NCBI RefSeq assembly: GCF_009914755.1
Contig: NC_060925.1
From: the human T2T-CHM13v2.0 reference genome, Homo sapiens
Strand: one strand, 5' to 3'
DNA length: 64,000 bases
The notes under the pieces are model-generated. The model was not told where the DNA came from. It made no database searches and saw only the letters and a program-made list of their open reading frames with translations. Of the stretch, positions 34,701-49,631 are shown piece after piece (the first letter of the stretch is position 1; each line of letters opens with the position of its first letter). A program made the position numbers and the translations under genes.

Positions 34701-37349
34701 CCAGCAGCAGGCTTCGCAGGGAGCAGAATGGGTGGGGAGGGCGGCCCCTCCTGAGGGTGGGCGGCTGTGGCCTGGCGGCTCCCTGGAGAGGCCCCCTGAG
34801 GCCTGTGGGCCAGCTCCTGGGTGGCCCTCCCTCCCCTGGGTCAGACGCAGGTCCCACGCGTTCCAGGCCACAGAGGTCTCCCTGGGTCAGGGACGAGGGT
34901 CAGGGGATGAGCGCGTGAACCTCGCACTCCTCAGGGGGCAGTGGCAGGTCCCACTGCCCTCCCGCCAGGCCTGCTGCTGGTCAGAGCTTCTCCTGTGGCA
35001 GGAATTCTCATGGGCCGGGTCATCAGCTGGGGTAGGAATGTGCTCTCAGGGTGCTACGGGCCACCTTGGCCTCAACCAGAGATGAGGGTGACGCAACTGC
35101 TCACAGGCCCGCTGAGGGGCAGCGACCTGAGGACAACTCCTGTGGGCTGCCTGTCTCTGCTGCCTCCTGCACGCGGGTAGAATCTGCTCGGGTCAGGGGC
35201 GGGCACTCCATGCGTTCTCTGGACCCCCGAGCTGCAGTGTGGCTGGGTTGCTGTGGTTGAAGGCACCTGCCTTAAGGGGCCAGGTCGGCGCAGGGCAGCG
35301 TCTCTCTGGGGTGAGGAGTTTATCTGAGTGCCTTAGAGAAGGCCCTTTGGAGAATGGCTGCAAGCCGGCACCCTTGCTGCATGGAGGGTTTGTTCTGCGT
35401 GGCCTTGGCTGGGCCTTTCCTGTCGTTTGGGACATATGTGAGTAGAATTGCCTCAAAGTGACTATTCTCACTCAGCTGCCAGGATGCCGTGAGTGTGTCT
35501 GCTGTGCAGGGGAGCGTGGTCTCTTCTTGCTTTTGCAGCTCCGGGCCCACCTGGAGTGCTTGGCGTGGCACTGGGCCGTGGCCTTCTGGGACGCGTGGGC
35601 AGCACCACCGTGCTTTCCAGGGAGCTGGCTTGGTGAGTGGGCCCCACTCTCCCCTGCTGCATGAAGAACGGCACCAGCCTCCAGCAGCAGCCGCCCAGGA
35701 GCTCTCGTGCGTCCACTCTGGTCCTCCGGTCCCGGCTGCGCCTCTTGCACCAGGCTGGGGCAGGGATTACCAGCCGCACGCAGGCTGCGGGAACCCCCTT
35801 TGTCTGGCTTTCGGCGGAGTCGGCAGAGTTCCTTCCTTCTGGGCTAATGCCCAGTTTAATTGTACATCCCATTGTGTCGTCTCTGTTCAATCATGTTCAA
35901 AAATACCTACGTCCACTCCGTTCCCATTTAGATCTCTCTAAAGTCCATTCCGGCTTATCAGCACCGTAATTTCACGAGCAGAGCTAAGATTTCTGCCATT
36001 TAGGCCCCAGGCATTGTCTGTCGCGGCAGCAGCTGAGATAAACCCTCACCCAGAACAAAGTCGAAATGACCTTTTACAAGTAGAAGCGGCCTTGTTTCCC
36101 TCTAGACTAATTTATCAGCCTTCGTTTCAGCCCTGGCGCTCAGCGGAGGCTGGAGAGAGTGCTGTGCGGGGTGGCGGCAGAGGGGGATTAGGATGCTTGG
36201 TTGCTCCACAGTTTCAACAGGCACCTCTGGATCCTCGGGGACAGAAGCTGCCAATGGCCATGGGGTGCCGCCGAGGAGCTTGCCTGTGGGCGGAGAGCCA
36301 TAGCCAGGTGTCCCCCAAAGAGCGTGGGGGTCTCAGGGCCTGGGGCAGGGGCACAAAAATAAAACCTTGTGTGAAAACAACGAGCCAGGCTGGAAATACG
36401 TGAACATAAGCAACATGAAATGGCCGGGCCTCCGGAGCCCCTTGCCAGTGGGGCTCTGCTGAGCTTCTTGGTAACAGCTCACATGTTCCACCTACAGAGG
36501 CTGGCTGGCTCAGTCCTCCCCTTCCTGCCCACCCCAGGAACAAGAATCTCTAGGCAGAAAGAAGGGAGGAGAGGCTGCTCAGGCTCCTGGGTCAGCCAAA
36601 GTCCCATTTCTAGAAGGTTCCAGTTGCCCTGGCTCCTGGAGCTAGGTTTGCACTGGAGCTGCCGGGCCCCCTCAAAGCATCCTCATCCCATGGGGTGGGC
36701 CTCTGATGAGCCTCTCTAGTGCATGAAGAATCGCTGGGGGCTGAGAAGCGCAAGTCTTGCTCGGCTAGGAGCCCCAGCTGCACTCGAGCCCCAAGGGGCC
36801 CTCCGGGACAGGACGCCACTCTGCTGGCCCTTGATGCCGCCCACATGGACACGAGCACCATGCTGTCTTCCCGGAGAGACCACGGTGCACCCTGTCTCAA
36901 GTCTGAGCTCTCAGAGGTGACCCTGCCCCTCAAGGGCTCCAGGACAGCTGTGCAGTGATCCCAGGACAGGGATGTCCTTGTGTTCCGTCTCTCTCCCCCC
37001 ACCAGGGGAATGCAGAGGCTACAGGCCTCCCAGGGTCTTGCTGGGGAAGGGACCTCACTTCCTCCTGGTGCACATGGGTGAATGCTGAGATATCAGACTG
37101 GAGGTAAACATGGGACCTTCTTCATTGTATCCCAGCGCAGAGGCTGAGGCTCACCTGTCTTTCCAGTAGAGGCAACAATCCCCGTGATGACTGCCCAGGG
37201 CCTGAGGGGCAGAGACTCTCCTCACAGCCGCTGAGTCAAGGGCCTGGGGAGAGGGGCCTGGGGGTCTGGCCTGCCGGCCGAGGCTGCCCTGGATGGGGGC
37301 TGAAGCCTGCACACCGGCAGAAAACCACAGGCTCTACCGAGGCCCTTAG

Positions 37350-37683
<334 letters not shown>

Positions 37684-37944
37684 TAAGGTGGATTTTAAAA
37701 CAGCCTGGGAGTCCTGCGTGGGATCTGAAGAACAAATAAAGTATCCCCGGCACGCGTGGCCCTCCTGGAAATGCAGAGAGTGCTGCTTGTCCTACCTTCC
37801 GCCAAGTGGACAGGGCTTGGGGGTCATGGGGCGAGTGTCTCCTGCACCTAATCCCAGCCTCCACCTCGATGATGCTGCCTGTGGACTCAGCACAGAGCTT
37901 CAGACCTGACCACGGGCACAGAAGACGAGGACAAGAGCCGAACC

Positions 37945-38055
37945 GGGGGCAGAGGAGGAAGAGAGGAGGAAGAGGAGCAGGAAGGAGGAAGGAGAGAGAA
38001 GAGGGAGAAGAGGAGGAGGAAGAGGAGGGGGGAGGAAGGGGAAGAGGAGGAGGAC
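37945..38055. repeat. Purine-rich (GAG/GAA) low-complexity tract
   Basis: About 105 nt, almost only A and G. Confidence 0.9.
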
Positions 38056-39383
38056 AGCTGAGAGCTGTGAGTCCAGGGTCAACCCTTAGCCGGAGTGGGG
38101 ACTCCGGGGAAGGCCAGCTGCCCAAATGACTGAAGTCTGATGGCAGAAGGACATCACGACCCCTGAGTTTTGGGAGCATAGACCACGCTGCCTTCTTTTG
38201 AGGAGGACAGGGATGGAAAAAGGGGTCTGGGCTGCATTTTGATAAAAGCCTTCAAACTCCATTCATATGATCATAGGAGCTGGGGGGCTGGAGACAAATG
38301 TATTTCTCTTGCCTCTAAAATTCGCTTTGTCATTGGGATTTAAAATTACTTCAATTGCACTGACTTGAAGCTCGCACAGAGATGAACAAGATGCAGCCTC
38401 GGCGCTCAGAGGCGGGTGTCCAGTCCCCAGAGAGGTGGCCTTCAAGTCCAGTAGCCCAAGCCACGGGAGCCAGCCTCACCCTGGCCCCACACCAGAGCTC
38501 CCACCGCAGGGCCCAGCCTCCTGCTCACTGGGATATTCCCTCATGAGACCTGGGCCCTTGCAGTCATCAGGAATGATGTCAGCTGTGGGGAGGACAGGAG
38601 GGCCACCCGGGGCAGCTGCCCTCTGAGGGACTTTTTGCCCCTGAGCATGGCCTCGGGGGCTGGGAGCCCCGGCTCTGACGTTTCTCCAGTGACCCCTGGC
38701 AGGTCGGGGACCCCAGCCACTTCCAGCACCTGCAGGGCAGGACCTCCCCGCTTGGATGCTGGTGACACATTCTTCAGCTGGAGCCGAGTAGGGTCGTGTC
38801 TGCCCCGCTTCCACGCGAGCCCTCTCCCACCTGGCCTCTGTTTCTACCTCGGGTTGGTGTCTCCCGCCCACTTCTGTGTCCACTGCAGAGCCTGCGGCTT
38901 CCCAGATCCCACATGAGCTTAGGCGCTGACTCCACCTCTCGGAGGGACCTCCAAGTGGAGCCTTCGAGCAAGGGGTCCAGCTCCTGTAGGTTTCTTGCTT
39001 CAGTGGTGCCCGTACATAATAGTGGGTCCCACACGTCCATGAGGCAGGGGACGCCCTCACAGTGGAGAGGTCCCCACTGCCTTCTGAGGTTAGGAGGGCT
39101 TTCCACCTGCCTCAGGAGGGAAAGCACATCCAGGAAGCAGCGCCAAAGTCCTTGGACACCCCCGAAGGTGTGCAAAGGGCAGCCTGGCCTTGCCCCTTCA
39201 CCCGCATGACCTCATGGTAGACTTTCATCATCTTGGCATTACATGAGGGGAAACTGAGTCTGGGAAACAGCACACGGTGCTGCTGATGGAGCAGCTGGGA
39301 CCAGGACGTCAGATGTCAGCTGCAGACTGGAGGGCCTCCTGCTTCCCCCATCTTCAGGGAGCAGGTGCATCCTTCATGCTGGG

Positions 39384-39437
39384 GGAGTCTGGGGGAGGCT
39401 GGGGAAGCCTAGGGGAGGCTGGGGGAGGCTGGGGGAA
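39384..39437. repeat. 10-bp G-rich repeat (CTGGGGGAGG) x5
   Basis: Direct periodicity with multiple G4-G5 runs. Confidence 0.8.
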
Positions 39438-39814
39438 CTTGGCTGCCCTGTGGGGCCCCTGTGCACTGGGCTTTGCTGAGAGGCAGGGATGGGTCAGGGC
39501 TCAGTCCCCTTGGTCACAGGCGACTTCAGAATCCTAGGAGAGCAGACACCTGCTCGAGCCTAAGTAGGCCTTTTGCATTTTTGCTCTCTGGCTGCACTGC
39601 CCATGTCCCCTTAAGGGTCTGCAGGTGAAGGATGGTGTGTGCCGTCTAAAGGTGAGGGATGGTGTGTGCCTTCTGCATGCTCCTGATTCCTCCTTTTCAA
39701 CCTCAGTAGCTTTGTGAGGTTTTCGAAAAGCGATGTGCAGGTTTTTGAGATGCCTGCATCACAGAGCCGGGGCCCTGGCACCACAGAAAGAGGAGGACGG
39801 CTCAGGCTCAGGCT

Positions 39815-39900
39815 CACAGATGCTGCTGAGACCTTGAGCAAGCCATCGTGGCCTCTGGGCCTCAGTTTCCCCACCTGCTAAATGAGGAACTAAGAGAGGC
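39815..39900 (+). mobile_element. MIR SINE core fragment
   Basis: gaccttgagcaag...cctctgggcctcagtttccccacctgctaaatgagga. Confidence 0.7.
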
Positions 39901-40471
39901 ATCTTGCTGGCCCCACCCAACTCCAGCCTGTGGTCTGAGTACTCTGATAGCCAAGAGGTGCAGAGATGAAGAACGTGGCGGTTGGTGTGGGGGACGGAGT
40001 TTTCTTTGACGGAATCTGAAGAAAGTGGATAATTTTCCACTGGTCGTACCCTTGCCCCCAGCCTGGAAGCTGTGTTCTCCCGAACTGGCATTCTTCATCC
40101 CCGATGAATTTGCTGTCATGTGGGGTCACCAAGATAAAGCAGGGCAATTGCACACCACCCCCAACCCCGGGCTGAGGTGGAAAAGCCACTCTCTGAGAAC
40201 CTCGTCGTCTGTTGCTTTGCTGATTTTCTCAAAGAAGTTAGGCTATGGGTGGTGGGGGGCCAGGGCTTTGGCGGTCATCCTTGAGATGGTTGCGTCCCAC
40301 GCCACAGGTGGATTTAGTGAATGATGAGGCACTCTGAGAAAGTTACCTTGCCACCCACACAACCGTTGAGTTCTCATTCTATGTTTGTGTTCTAATAACC
40401 CAGCTTAGGTGAATGAAGAGTGAAAAGTACCTGGCACACTGCTGTGACTGAGAGGCAGGTGCTTATGAGCC

Positions 40472-40905
40472 CGTATTAGGGCCGTAGGGGCGCTGCCGCA
40501 AGGTGCCATGTGCTGCATGGCCTGCCTATGAGATGGCAGGTCCGGAGGCCAGAAGCCCCTGATGGAGGTGTTGGCCTCACTCCCGCAGAAGCCTCTGGGG
40601 TGGGGTCCGTGCGTTTCTCTCCCCGGGGGGGCCAGGGTGTGGTGCAGATCTTCCCCATGCTTTGGCTTGCAGACACGGCGCCCTCGAGGCCTCTGGCTTT
40701 ATCTTCACGTGGCTCCTTCCTGCGTGTGTGTCTGTGTCCACATGTCCCCTTTGGGTAAAGATATTAGTCATATTGGATTCGGACCACCCTACCTGCGTTA
40801 ACTCATCACATCTCCCAAGACCCTGTTTCCAACTCAGGCCGCGTTCTCAGGTCCTGGAGGTGAAGGCTTCAGCAGGTGAATTCGGGGGGGGCACAATTTA
40901 CATAG
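40472..40905 (-). mobile_element. MLT1C-like (ERVL-MaLR) solo LTR
   Basis: ggaggccagaag, ttggcttgcagac, atcttcacgtggc, gtgtctgtgtcca, agtcatattggatt and aagaccctgtttccaa. Confidence 0.8.
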
Positions 40906-43900
40906 ATCCCTTAGACATCAACTATCTGGGCCTGGGCATTTCCAGGTATAGCAGGTGACAGAAGGCGGTGCCCCAGTGCACACCTGGTCCCCACGTCCCT
41001 GAAGCAAATGCTGGCACCTGAGACCTCCCAGACAGGCCCCCTCTGCGGACTCGAAGGGGACCACACCGGGATTAGGAAGGGAGGTGTATAGGTCCAGAAG
41101 TGATTAGAAATCAGGGCCAGTGACATATGAACGGTGGTGCCAACCCACGTCTTAACAGTAAGATGCCTTTTTAAGGCCGGCGTTTTTAGCCAATTCCAGT
41201 ATTTTCCATTTGGAGATAATGTTAGTGAAATAAACATCAGAGCAGACTTGGCCGCTCACAGATACCCGTGCCCCTGTAGTGTGTGTGGGTGTGACTTCCA
41301 CAGATGAAACGTCTGTGTGGGGGGAGGGCAGTGGAAATTGGGGTAACTGTGGACCCCGCCTGCTCCCCGCAGGGCTCCTACAACTTTCAGACAGAAAAAA
41401 AAATTGATTTGGAGGTAAAACGACGTCATGTGAACATTTCAAACATGGGAAGGAATCCCACACTGATCCCTACAGTTTCTAGAGAGGGAACCTTACCGTC
41501 CCAGAGACACACACCCTCCTGGAAGAGCAGAGGCCACCAGGGAAGTCTCCGAATTCCTTCTAGCCCTGCCCCTGTCCCAGGGGAGCCCGTGGCTCCGTTT
41601 CTGAACCAGTGTGTGGGTGAGGTTTTGGGAATGCCAATAGCTCGGCTGCTCCGTTATTTGTAGTTTTTAAAGTCTTCTTTGAGGATGGTGCAGGCTTTCA
41701 GAAGCCAGGCCGACAGCCTGACTTTGCGTGTACGTAGACGTGTGACCACGATCGTGTGTTCTGTCTTTGGCCCGACCGGCCCTGGGTTTGTGAACCTGCG
41801 GCTGTGGGTTGCTCACCCTTGAAGGCCCTTGGGAGTGAAATTCAAAAACGAAATGGTTAAAAAATGGGCGGGCAGGCAGGAAAGGAGTGGAGGGATAGGA
41901 GCCCAGCGGTTGGCTAATTGGAGAGTGGGACCCCCGTTGGGGGGGGCCCTCGCCGGGACAATGTGCTCCGAACGGGGAGCTGGGAAGGCCCCGCGGGATT
42001 GTTATCGAATTAGTTGAAGTCAGAAGTCCCCTGAATGGGGTAAAGAAGGGAAGGGGAAACGCAGGCCCGGGTATAATGCGGCCTAAATGAGGGCCCCATT
42101 CACTGCCCGTGAAAGGCTCCCGTCCCCTTCCCGGGAAGGGTGGGCAAGTTCACTTTTGTTTGGTGGGGGCGGGGCTGCTCTCAGAGTATGTTCTTACCTA
42201 GAGCCGGGGGGCCAGGGGCAGAAGGGGAAGGGGGCATTGGAAATAATCCCCCGACGGGCAGCAGGAATGGTGCAGCCACAGGGCACCCACCGGAACCCCC
42301 AAGGCGCCTTCTGAGCTCCCTCGGCCCCAAGTTCACCAGAGCACCCACCCCGCCCGGGAGACCGCCCCTCGTCAGCCATCCGGTCACTCCACTTACACCC
42401 GGGAAAATGCCGAGATGTAAGATGTGCCTGTGTGGCCAGCTGCATAGGAAAGAAATGTATCCTAATGGCTGAATTAGAAAAAAATGTTATTGGAAGGAGG
42501 AGAGAAACCCATGAAATACAGAAATGGACCAGCCAGAAACCCAAAAGGCCAGGAAAACAGAGGTGGGGGGCAGGGCACAGCAGGTTACATAGGAAAATAA
42601 ATACTTAACAAAGTGCTGTGCTCAGTAAATATTTGTTGAATTCATACATTAATTAATTTTCCAGATGAGATTTTCCTAATCCATTTTTTAAAGAAAATAA
42701 GGATTAAGAAGGAAGTGGAATCTGGTTATGAGGGCGGGCTCGGTGGAGGTAAAGGGAAGGTGGTATGTGTGAGGTTGGGGGCTGGGCAGTCCAGGGGCGA
42801 GGCTAGAACCGGCTTCCTGGCCAGGCCTCGGTAATTGCCCCAGGGGCAGCTGATCTGAGTTCAAGTTGCATCCCCTGCCTCTTCACCCACCTCCCAACCC
42901 TGAAGCCGGTGCAGCGGCATGGACTGGATGGAACCACGTGAATCTCCGGATCCCACACAATTAACCCTCTCCCAGGGATCTGAATGCCGAAGGAGCCCCC
43001 AGCCCCCTGCCCTGACTCAGGGAGTTGCAGAAAACAGCAGCGCGCCCCAGCGCTGCCCTCCCAGCTGTGTGTGAGCGAGACCGGGGCTAACAGCCCCCTA
43101 CCTGCGTTCCCCATGACCGGTGCTCACAACAGAGGTGCCCCAACTAGTACTGGTGCCCCCGTTTTCTCAGCAAGTCCCCTTGTCGGAGGCCACAGAGCTG
43201 GGGTGAACCTACTCTGGGAGAACCAACACCCCACACTAAGCCAGTGGCCCACACTGACCTGGCCAGGCCACTCCTCTGGAGATCCTCCCTGTGAACCACC
43301 CACAGAGGGCCCTTTCCCAGAGAGACCACCAGTGGGCCTGGACCCACGCCCTTGGGGATGAGCAAGCTCTCGTGTATTTGCTGTGTGTGCAACACGGGGT
43401 TCCTCTCGGGGCACTGGGGATCCCGAAAGCGTGTCTGGTGCAGAAGGCGTGACCTCCAGGCAGCTCCGAGACGGGAAGTGATTGGAGTGTAGGCGTGAGG
43501 TCCCGGTGCTGGATAGACGCACACGCCTTCACGCATCCTCAGAAAGTGATGTTGCTGAGTGAATAGAAGGTGCACGTGGCCCTTCCTGAGTCTGCTCACC
43601 CCCCGGACACACACGCATGCCTTCCCACGCTCCTGTGCACACACCCCTCCCGGCCCTTCCATGGAGGACCTGTAGGAACCCGTGGCCTAGGGTGAGCTGG
43701 GTCTGAGGCTTTGGGACCCGTGCCTGGACCAGTAGCTTCCCAGATGTGGCATCTGAGCAAGAGGGGCAGAGCGAGGCTGGCATGACAAAGAGTGAGCCAC
43801 CCCATGAAATGGGCCCGGCAAGGTCACACGGCACCAGCTGGCCCAAGGCTGGTCAAGAATCCGAGTTTTCTGCAGAGGGAGACACAGCCTGACACCTGGG

Positions 43901-45309
43901 ACCTGTGCAGCTGGGTGGAGTAGAAAGGGATGAAAGGAGGAGGGGCGGTCGGCCCAGGAAGCAGGGCGGGCAGACGGCGACCCAGGGGACCTGTCCGAGA
44001 GGTGACATAGAGGACAGCAATGCCGCCCGCATGTCCCCACATGGACCTGCTTCCAGGAAGGTGGAAAAGGCCCATGGGATGCAGAGCAGAGGAGACACAG
44101 CTGTGGCTTAGTCAAGAAGGATGGTGTCCTGGTGCGGGGAGCTTTGGGGGGCGCCTTCTCACGGTGCCAACCCGCCAGCCCCGCCCTTTGCCATCTCTGA
44201 AAGCGCTACCCAGAAAACCTCCTAGCCCAGCGCCATCGATCCCTTTTTATGACTTGGAAATAAATTCGCAGCTACAAAACCCGAGGTCATTTGGTTAATT
44301 CCACTGCCGAGCTCCCCACGGCGCATACCCCCGGATGCTTCGGCCCAGCCAGGTTCCTTGCTAAGGGCAAGTTTTACGACCTTGGGAACATTGGCATTTG
44401 TTTATGGCAGAGAAGTGAAGTTTTGCTTCCCCCAGAGGCCAGAGTGTTTCCACGGACGGTTTTAAAGGGGAAGCAGGCACATTTGTGACTAAGTCACCAG
44501 GCAGGCGTGATACAGGAGACAATGCTCTTTGGAGCTGCCCACGTGGCGGCAGCAGCCGGAGGTCCCTTTGCCCAGTTCTCTGGCCTCTTCTTGCCCTGTG
44601 CACACCTGTCACCTGAGACACCCGTACTTGGCATTCGCTCTTCAAACAGGCATTCTGTGAAAGTAACGGTCCCTGTGTGCTGGGGACGCCGGCCTTGGCC
44701 ACGTGCTGGCTGTGGTCTCCCGGGAGCTGAGGAAAGGAGTTCCGCCTCGCAGAATGAGGCAGGATTCTCCTCTTCCATCCCCCTCTCTAGAGTCAGAATT
44801 ACCCCAATAATTGCGCTCATCTGACTCCAAGGCCGTCTCCAGAGTTTCGAGTGTGAAATAGAGTAGCTGTCTCTCACCAAGGCTGTCACAGTTCTCAGGA
44901 ACCAGAGGAGAAGGCAGGAAGCCCCCGACCCCTGGAGCAAACCCCTGGGTCTTCATAAAGCAGCTGCTGGCACAGCGGCTGAGAAACCCAGGCGTGGACC
45001 CTAGCCCGGCCGCCTGTCCGCGTGGCATCCTGAAGAAATCACTGCATCTTCCTGTGCCTTGGTTTGCTCATCTGCGAGAGTCCCGGCCTCCCTAGGCTGT
45101 TCCAGGGATCATGGGGGCCTCTGCATGGGAAAGCCCAAGCCAGCACCTGCCCCGGCACCTCTGCATCCACATGGCAGCTCCGTCTACAGCCCGAGGGCCC
45201 CATAACCAGCCAGAGTGGCCACGCTTGAAGCCTCACGGGGCTCCAGATGGAGCCTCCCTGACAAGGGGACCTCTTCTTCCCGGGATCTTGTTCCGACCTT
45301 TGCTTAAAG

Positions 45310-45811
<502 letters not shown>

Positions 45812-47734
45812 TCAAAGGTATGGGCCACCATCCCCTTTGTGGGGTTTGTCCTTTGGAACCATCTCCACCCCCTGAAGCCATCTCCTCTTGCTCCCTGAGT
45901 GCCTGTCCAGAGGCCCCCCCAGGCCCCCACGAGTGGGTGGAAAGTCTTGGGGACAGAAGAAACCTGGCTTTTCCCATGAACAGATGTCCCCCTCGCCACA
46001 TCAAGGGAGTGACTTGCTCCGTCTGTCATGTAGTGACCACCTGCTTCTCAGCAGGTGGCTGGGACTTAACTCTCAAGGGTATTTAGGGACAGAGAGCAGT
46101 GGGAATTCAGAAGGAGCTCAGAAGGGAATGCCCTGTGCCAACCTAAACCTGGGGCAGGGTGGACAGCAGGTGGCTTTGAATATCCTAGTCAAAAATATGG
46201 GAACATTTTGGTTCCAGGGGTAAGAAAAAATTAATCATTTATTTGGTAAAGGCCCATGACTGAGTGGAAAAGCAACAAGAAGAGAAGGACAGGAAATAAA
46301 TCTCAGAGTGGGATTTACTAAGCACGGTCACGCTGAACAGTAACTGTGGGCAGGGACAGCACTGCACGTTTGACATCGGGGCACGCAGCTCCGACGTGGC
46401 CGGTCCCGACTGGCACACCTGCCCCGAGTCACCTGGGACGGACTGCAGCCAGCCAGCTCTCCCTTCTTCCTGGGGAGGCCTGTGAAGGTCGCGTGAATGC
46501 CTGTGTCCCCCGGGACAGCCAGGGAGGCAGGAGGCCAGGCCTGGGTGTGGAATAGGCCTCGCTGGGAGGCCGTGGTTCTGCTCCTGCACATTTCCAAAGG
46601 AAGCTCCCTGTGGGTGCGCGTGGAAGCTGAGCGCCTCAGTGGAATGTCCTGGAACCTCACTTCGGGATCCTTTGTCGAGACCAATTGGCCACAAATGCCA
46701 CCTCCTGCTTCTGGAGAGGTTTAGTTGTCAACGGCCACCAGGAACCACAGCCCTCCCGCCCCCCACAGAGCCCCTTCCCTGAGGGTTGGGCCAGGAACTT
46801 GTCTTGTAGTTTCCTGAGCACGACAGCCAGGACTTGGTCCAGCGTTTTCCAAACTGGCAGAACCCGGGGATCTAAGACGGGCATGCTGGAAAAGTAGTGA
46901 CAGTTATTTGCCTCCTGATCTAAGGTTAACGGGGACTTCCAAAAGGTGCACCTGTGTTAGCCCTTTCACAGAACTCTTACTTAACATGGAAAATATCGTA
47001 GCATTTTCTAGAGACATTTGCAGGAAGGTATTTGACACATTAAAGCCAATTTTCTTTCTCAACTACAGAAAATCAGTGACTACTATTAACATCTTACTAT
47101 TAACTGTAACCCAGGTATGGATGTCTAGAACAGAAATCTATTCAATAAATATTGGATAATTGCAGCAGCGGAAACCAGCTCGCTATGTGCCGATGTGTTC
47201 CTGCAGCTGCTTCATGTTACTCTGGGCTTTTAGGGCAGCCAGCCTGCACTCACAGGCAGGTGGGCTCTGGTCTGGCTCCTGAAGCTTTGCAGGATCCTTG
47301 CACTAGGATTCAACATGAAGGCAGCTCGAGGCATCACTCCTGATCCAGCTCTGAGCATGGAGATGAGGACATGCTCCCTGGGATCCATGGGGAAACCAAG
47401 GCCCTGGAAGGCTTTCCCCCCTCAGATTCAGGAAGGAGCCGCACAGGCTCAGAAGCCAGGCTCCCAGCTGGAACCACAGCTGCAGACAGCCCTGCCCAGA
47501 GCCTGTGGGCATCATGGAAGTGTGTGCGTGCACGCGTGTGTCTGTGCACGCGTGTGACTTTCACGTCTGATTCCACTTACTCAAGCCACATGCAAAGGCT
47601 GATAAAATATTTCCCAGACATGCTCTAAATAGCAGGCACATGTTCTAAGTTGAGGGAATCAGAATTCAAGAGAATCTGTGGCTGAACTTATGTCATGGGT
47701 TCACAGGGCTGGAAGGGGCCACCCTTAGCCTCTA

Positions 47735-48200
47735 GATATGCATTAGTTTATTCATTCACAAGATATACATCCACTTGTTCATTCACTTATGAGATGTTTA
47801 TTTCTTTATCCATTCATAGATATGCATTTGTTCATTCATTCGTTAGATATCGCTTTGTCCACGTATTCATGAGATATTTGTTTATTCACTCATTAGAGAT
47901 ATATCTGTTCATATATCTATTAGGTATTTATTCATTTATTTATTCGATATGTATTTGTTCATCCATTCATAGATATGCATTTGTTTGTCCATTCATTAGA
48001 TATCGATTTGTCCACGCATTCATGAGATATTTGTCTATTCACTCATTAGGCATGTATTTGTTCATACATTTATTAGTTTAGATATTAGATATTGATTTGT
48101 TTATGCACACGTGTATACATTTGCTGATCAATTCACCCACTAGGCATCTATTTCTTGGTCATTTGTTCGATGCTGGTTGTCTCCTCCTTCATTAGACATC
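47735..48200. repeat. AT-rich degenerate (TTCA/TAGATAT) repeat with ~20-bp period and a ~154-bp duplication
   Basis: ATCCATTCATAGATATGCATTTGTT occurs near 47808 and 47961. Probably derived from an L2 tail. Confidence 0.8.
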
Positions 48201-49631
48201 TGCTTGTCTGTCTCTGCACTCATGGACACTTGCTTGCCCACCCATTGTACACAGGTCTGTTGAGAGCCTGCGGTCAGCAGCCACCCTGCCCTTCTTCCCT
48301 AAGCTGTCTTGGTCACAGCGTAGCCAATGCCGATTTTCTTTTTCTAAGTAGACCGATTGAAAATAAGTGAAAGTCATTTCCGGGCAGCAGTGTCCACCTG
48401 AAGGTTGAGATATGCACAGTGTTGACCGAACATCTCTCGTGGTGTCTGGTCCAGCAGTGTGAAAAGCCGTGGGCTTGATCTAGCTGGAGATGCGGCCGTG
48501 GGTGGACTCCTAAGAAAAGACTCAAGGCAGAGTCTCTTGGGGCCCGTCGGGGGCTGCAGCAGATTCGTGTCTTGAAAACAGGTTGGGTCCAGCTCCCTCT
48601 GCTGTGAGGTCCCTGCCTCATTGCTGGGACTTTTGTCTCAAGGCCCCGGCCTCGTCCTTGGTCGTCCAGCCCACTGGCCGCAGCAGTGGGGGCCGGCGCT
48701 GGTGGTCAGTGCTCGCTCACCCTGCCCTGCACAGCCCCTAATGTTGGCACTTCACGGACAAGCCGGCCTGGGTCCTCAGAGGAGAATAAATGTGCACGGA
48801 ACAGCACACGGTGGCCCATGGCCTTGCAGCACGAGCGTGTCCATGCGTGTGCACGTGTGCATGCGTGTGCGTGTGCGTGCATCCACGCCTGGCGGCCCGG
48901 GCCCGGCGTGAGTGTGTGGGTGGGAGCGGGTGTGTATCCGCGGCTGCTCCATTCTGCTGTAAAGGCTCGCTGCAGTGGGCAACATGGAGGAGACATGAAA
49001 GAGGGGACGATAAATAGCTTCCTACCTTGCCTGGATAATGGGCGAGTTCTCCGGGTGGATTAATCCTCGCGTCGTCTTTGGGCCGTCAGTTTGGGAGTGA
49101 CAGTAACAAGGCTCCCGGGGACCCTGCTAATTTGCACTCCATTCACCGGCTCGTGAAACCGTCAGGGCTGCGGAAGGACTGCGCGGCGCGGGCCTCCATT
49201 CACTGGGAGCCTGATATACTGGGAAAGGGGCCAGTGCGCACAAAGCCCAAAAGAGCACATGGGTGAGGCTTTGTCCCTCCTCTCCCGTTCCCTTTTATGC
49301 GGCCTTGTGCTAGTTAAGCTCCTCATTTGTCCCCGCTGGGGCTCGGGGCTCTGGTCACCCTCAGGGGCTGCCTTTTCAGGTGATCTTGACACCCCTCTGG
49401 CCCTGGCCTGAGTGGGCGGTGGGGGCAGGGCTGCCTGAGCGGGGGCACCTTTGAATTCTGGGAGTCCAGGCCTGGAGCCGGCCGGACGCTGGCCTGCAGT
49501 AGGGACAGCAGAGGTGGCCAAGGCCCCTCTCTCCTCACAGCCTCCTGCCTCCGTCCCCATGTTCTGGGCGCCTCTCAGAGGTCCTGGCTGGACGCCTGCA
49601 CCCCAGAGTCTTTGAAGGTGGAATGGAGGCC

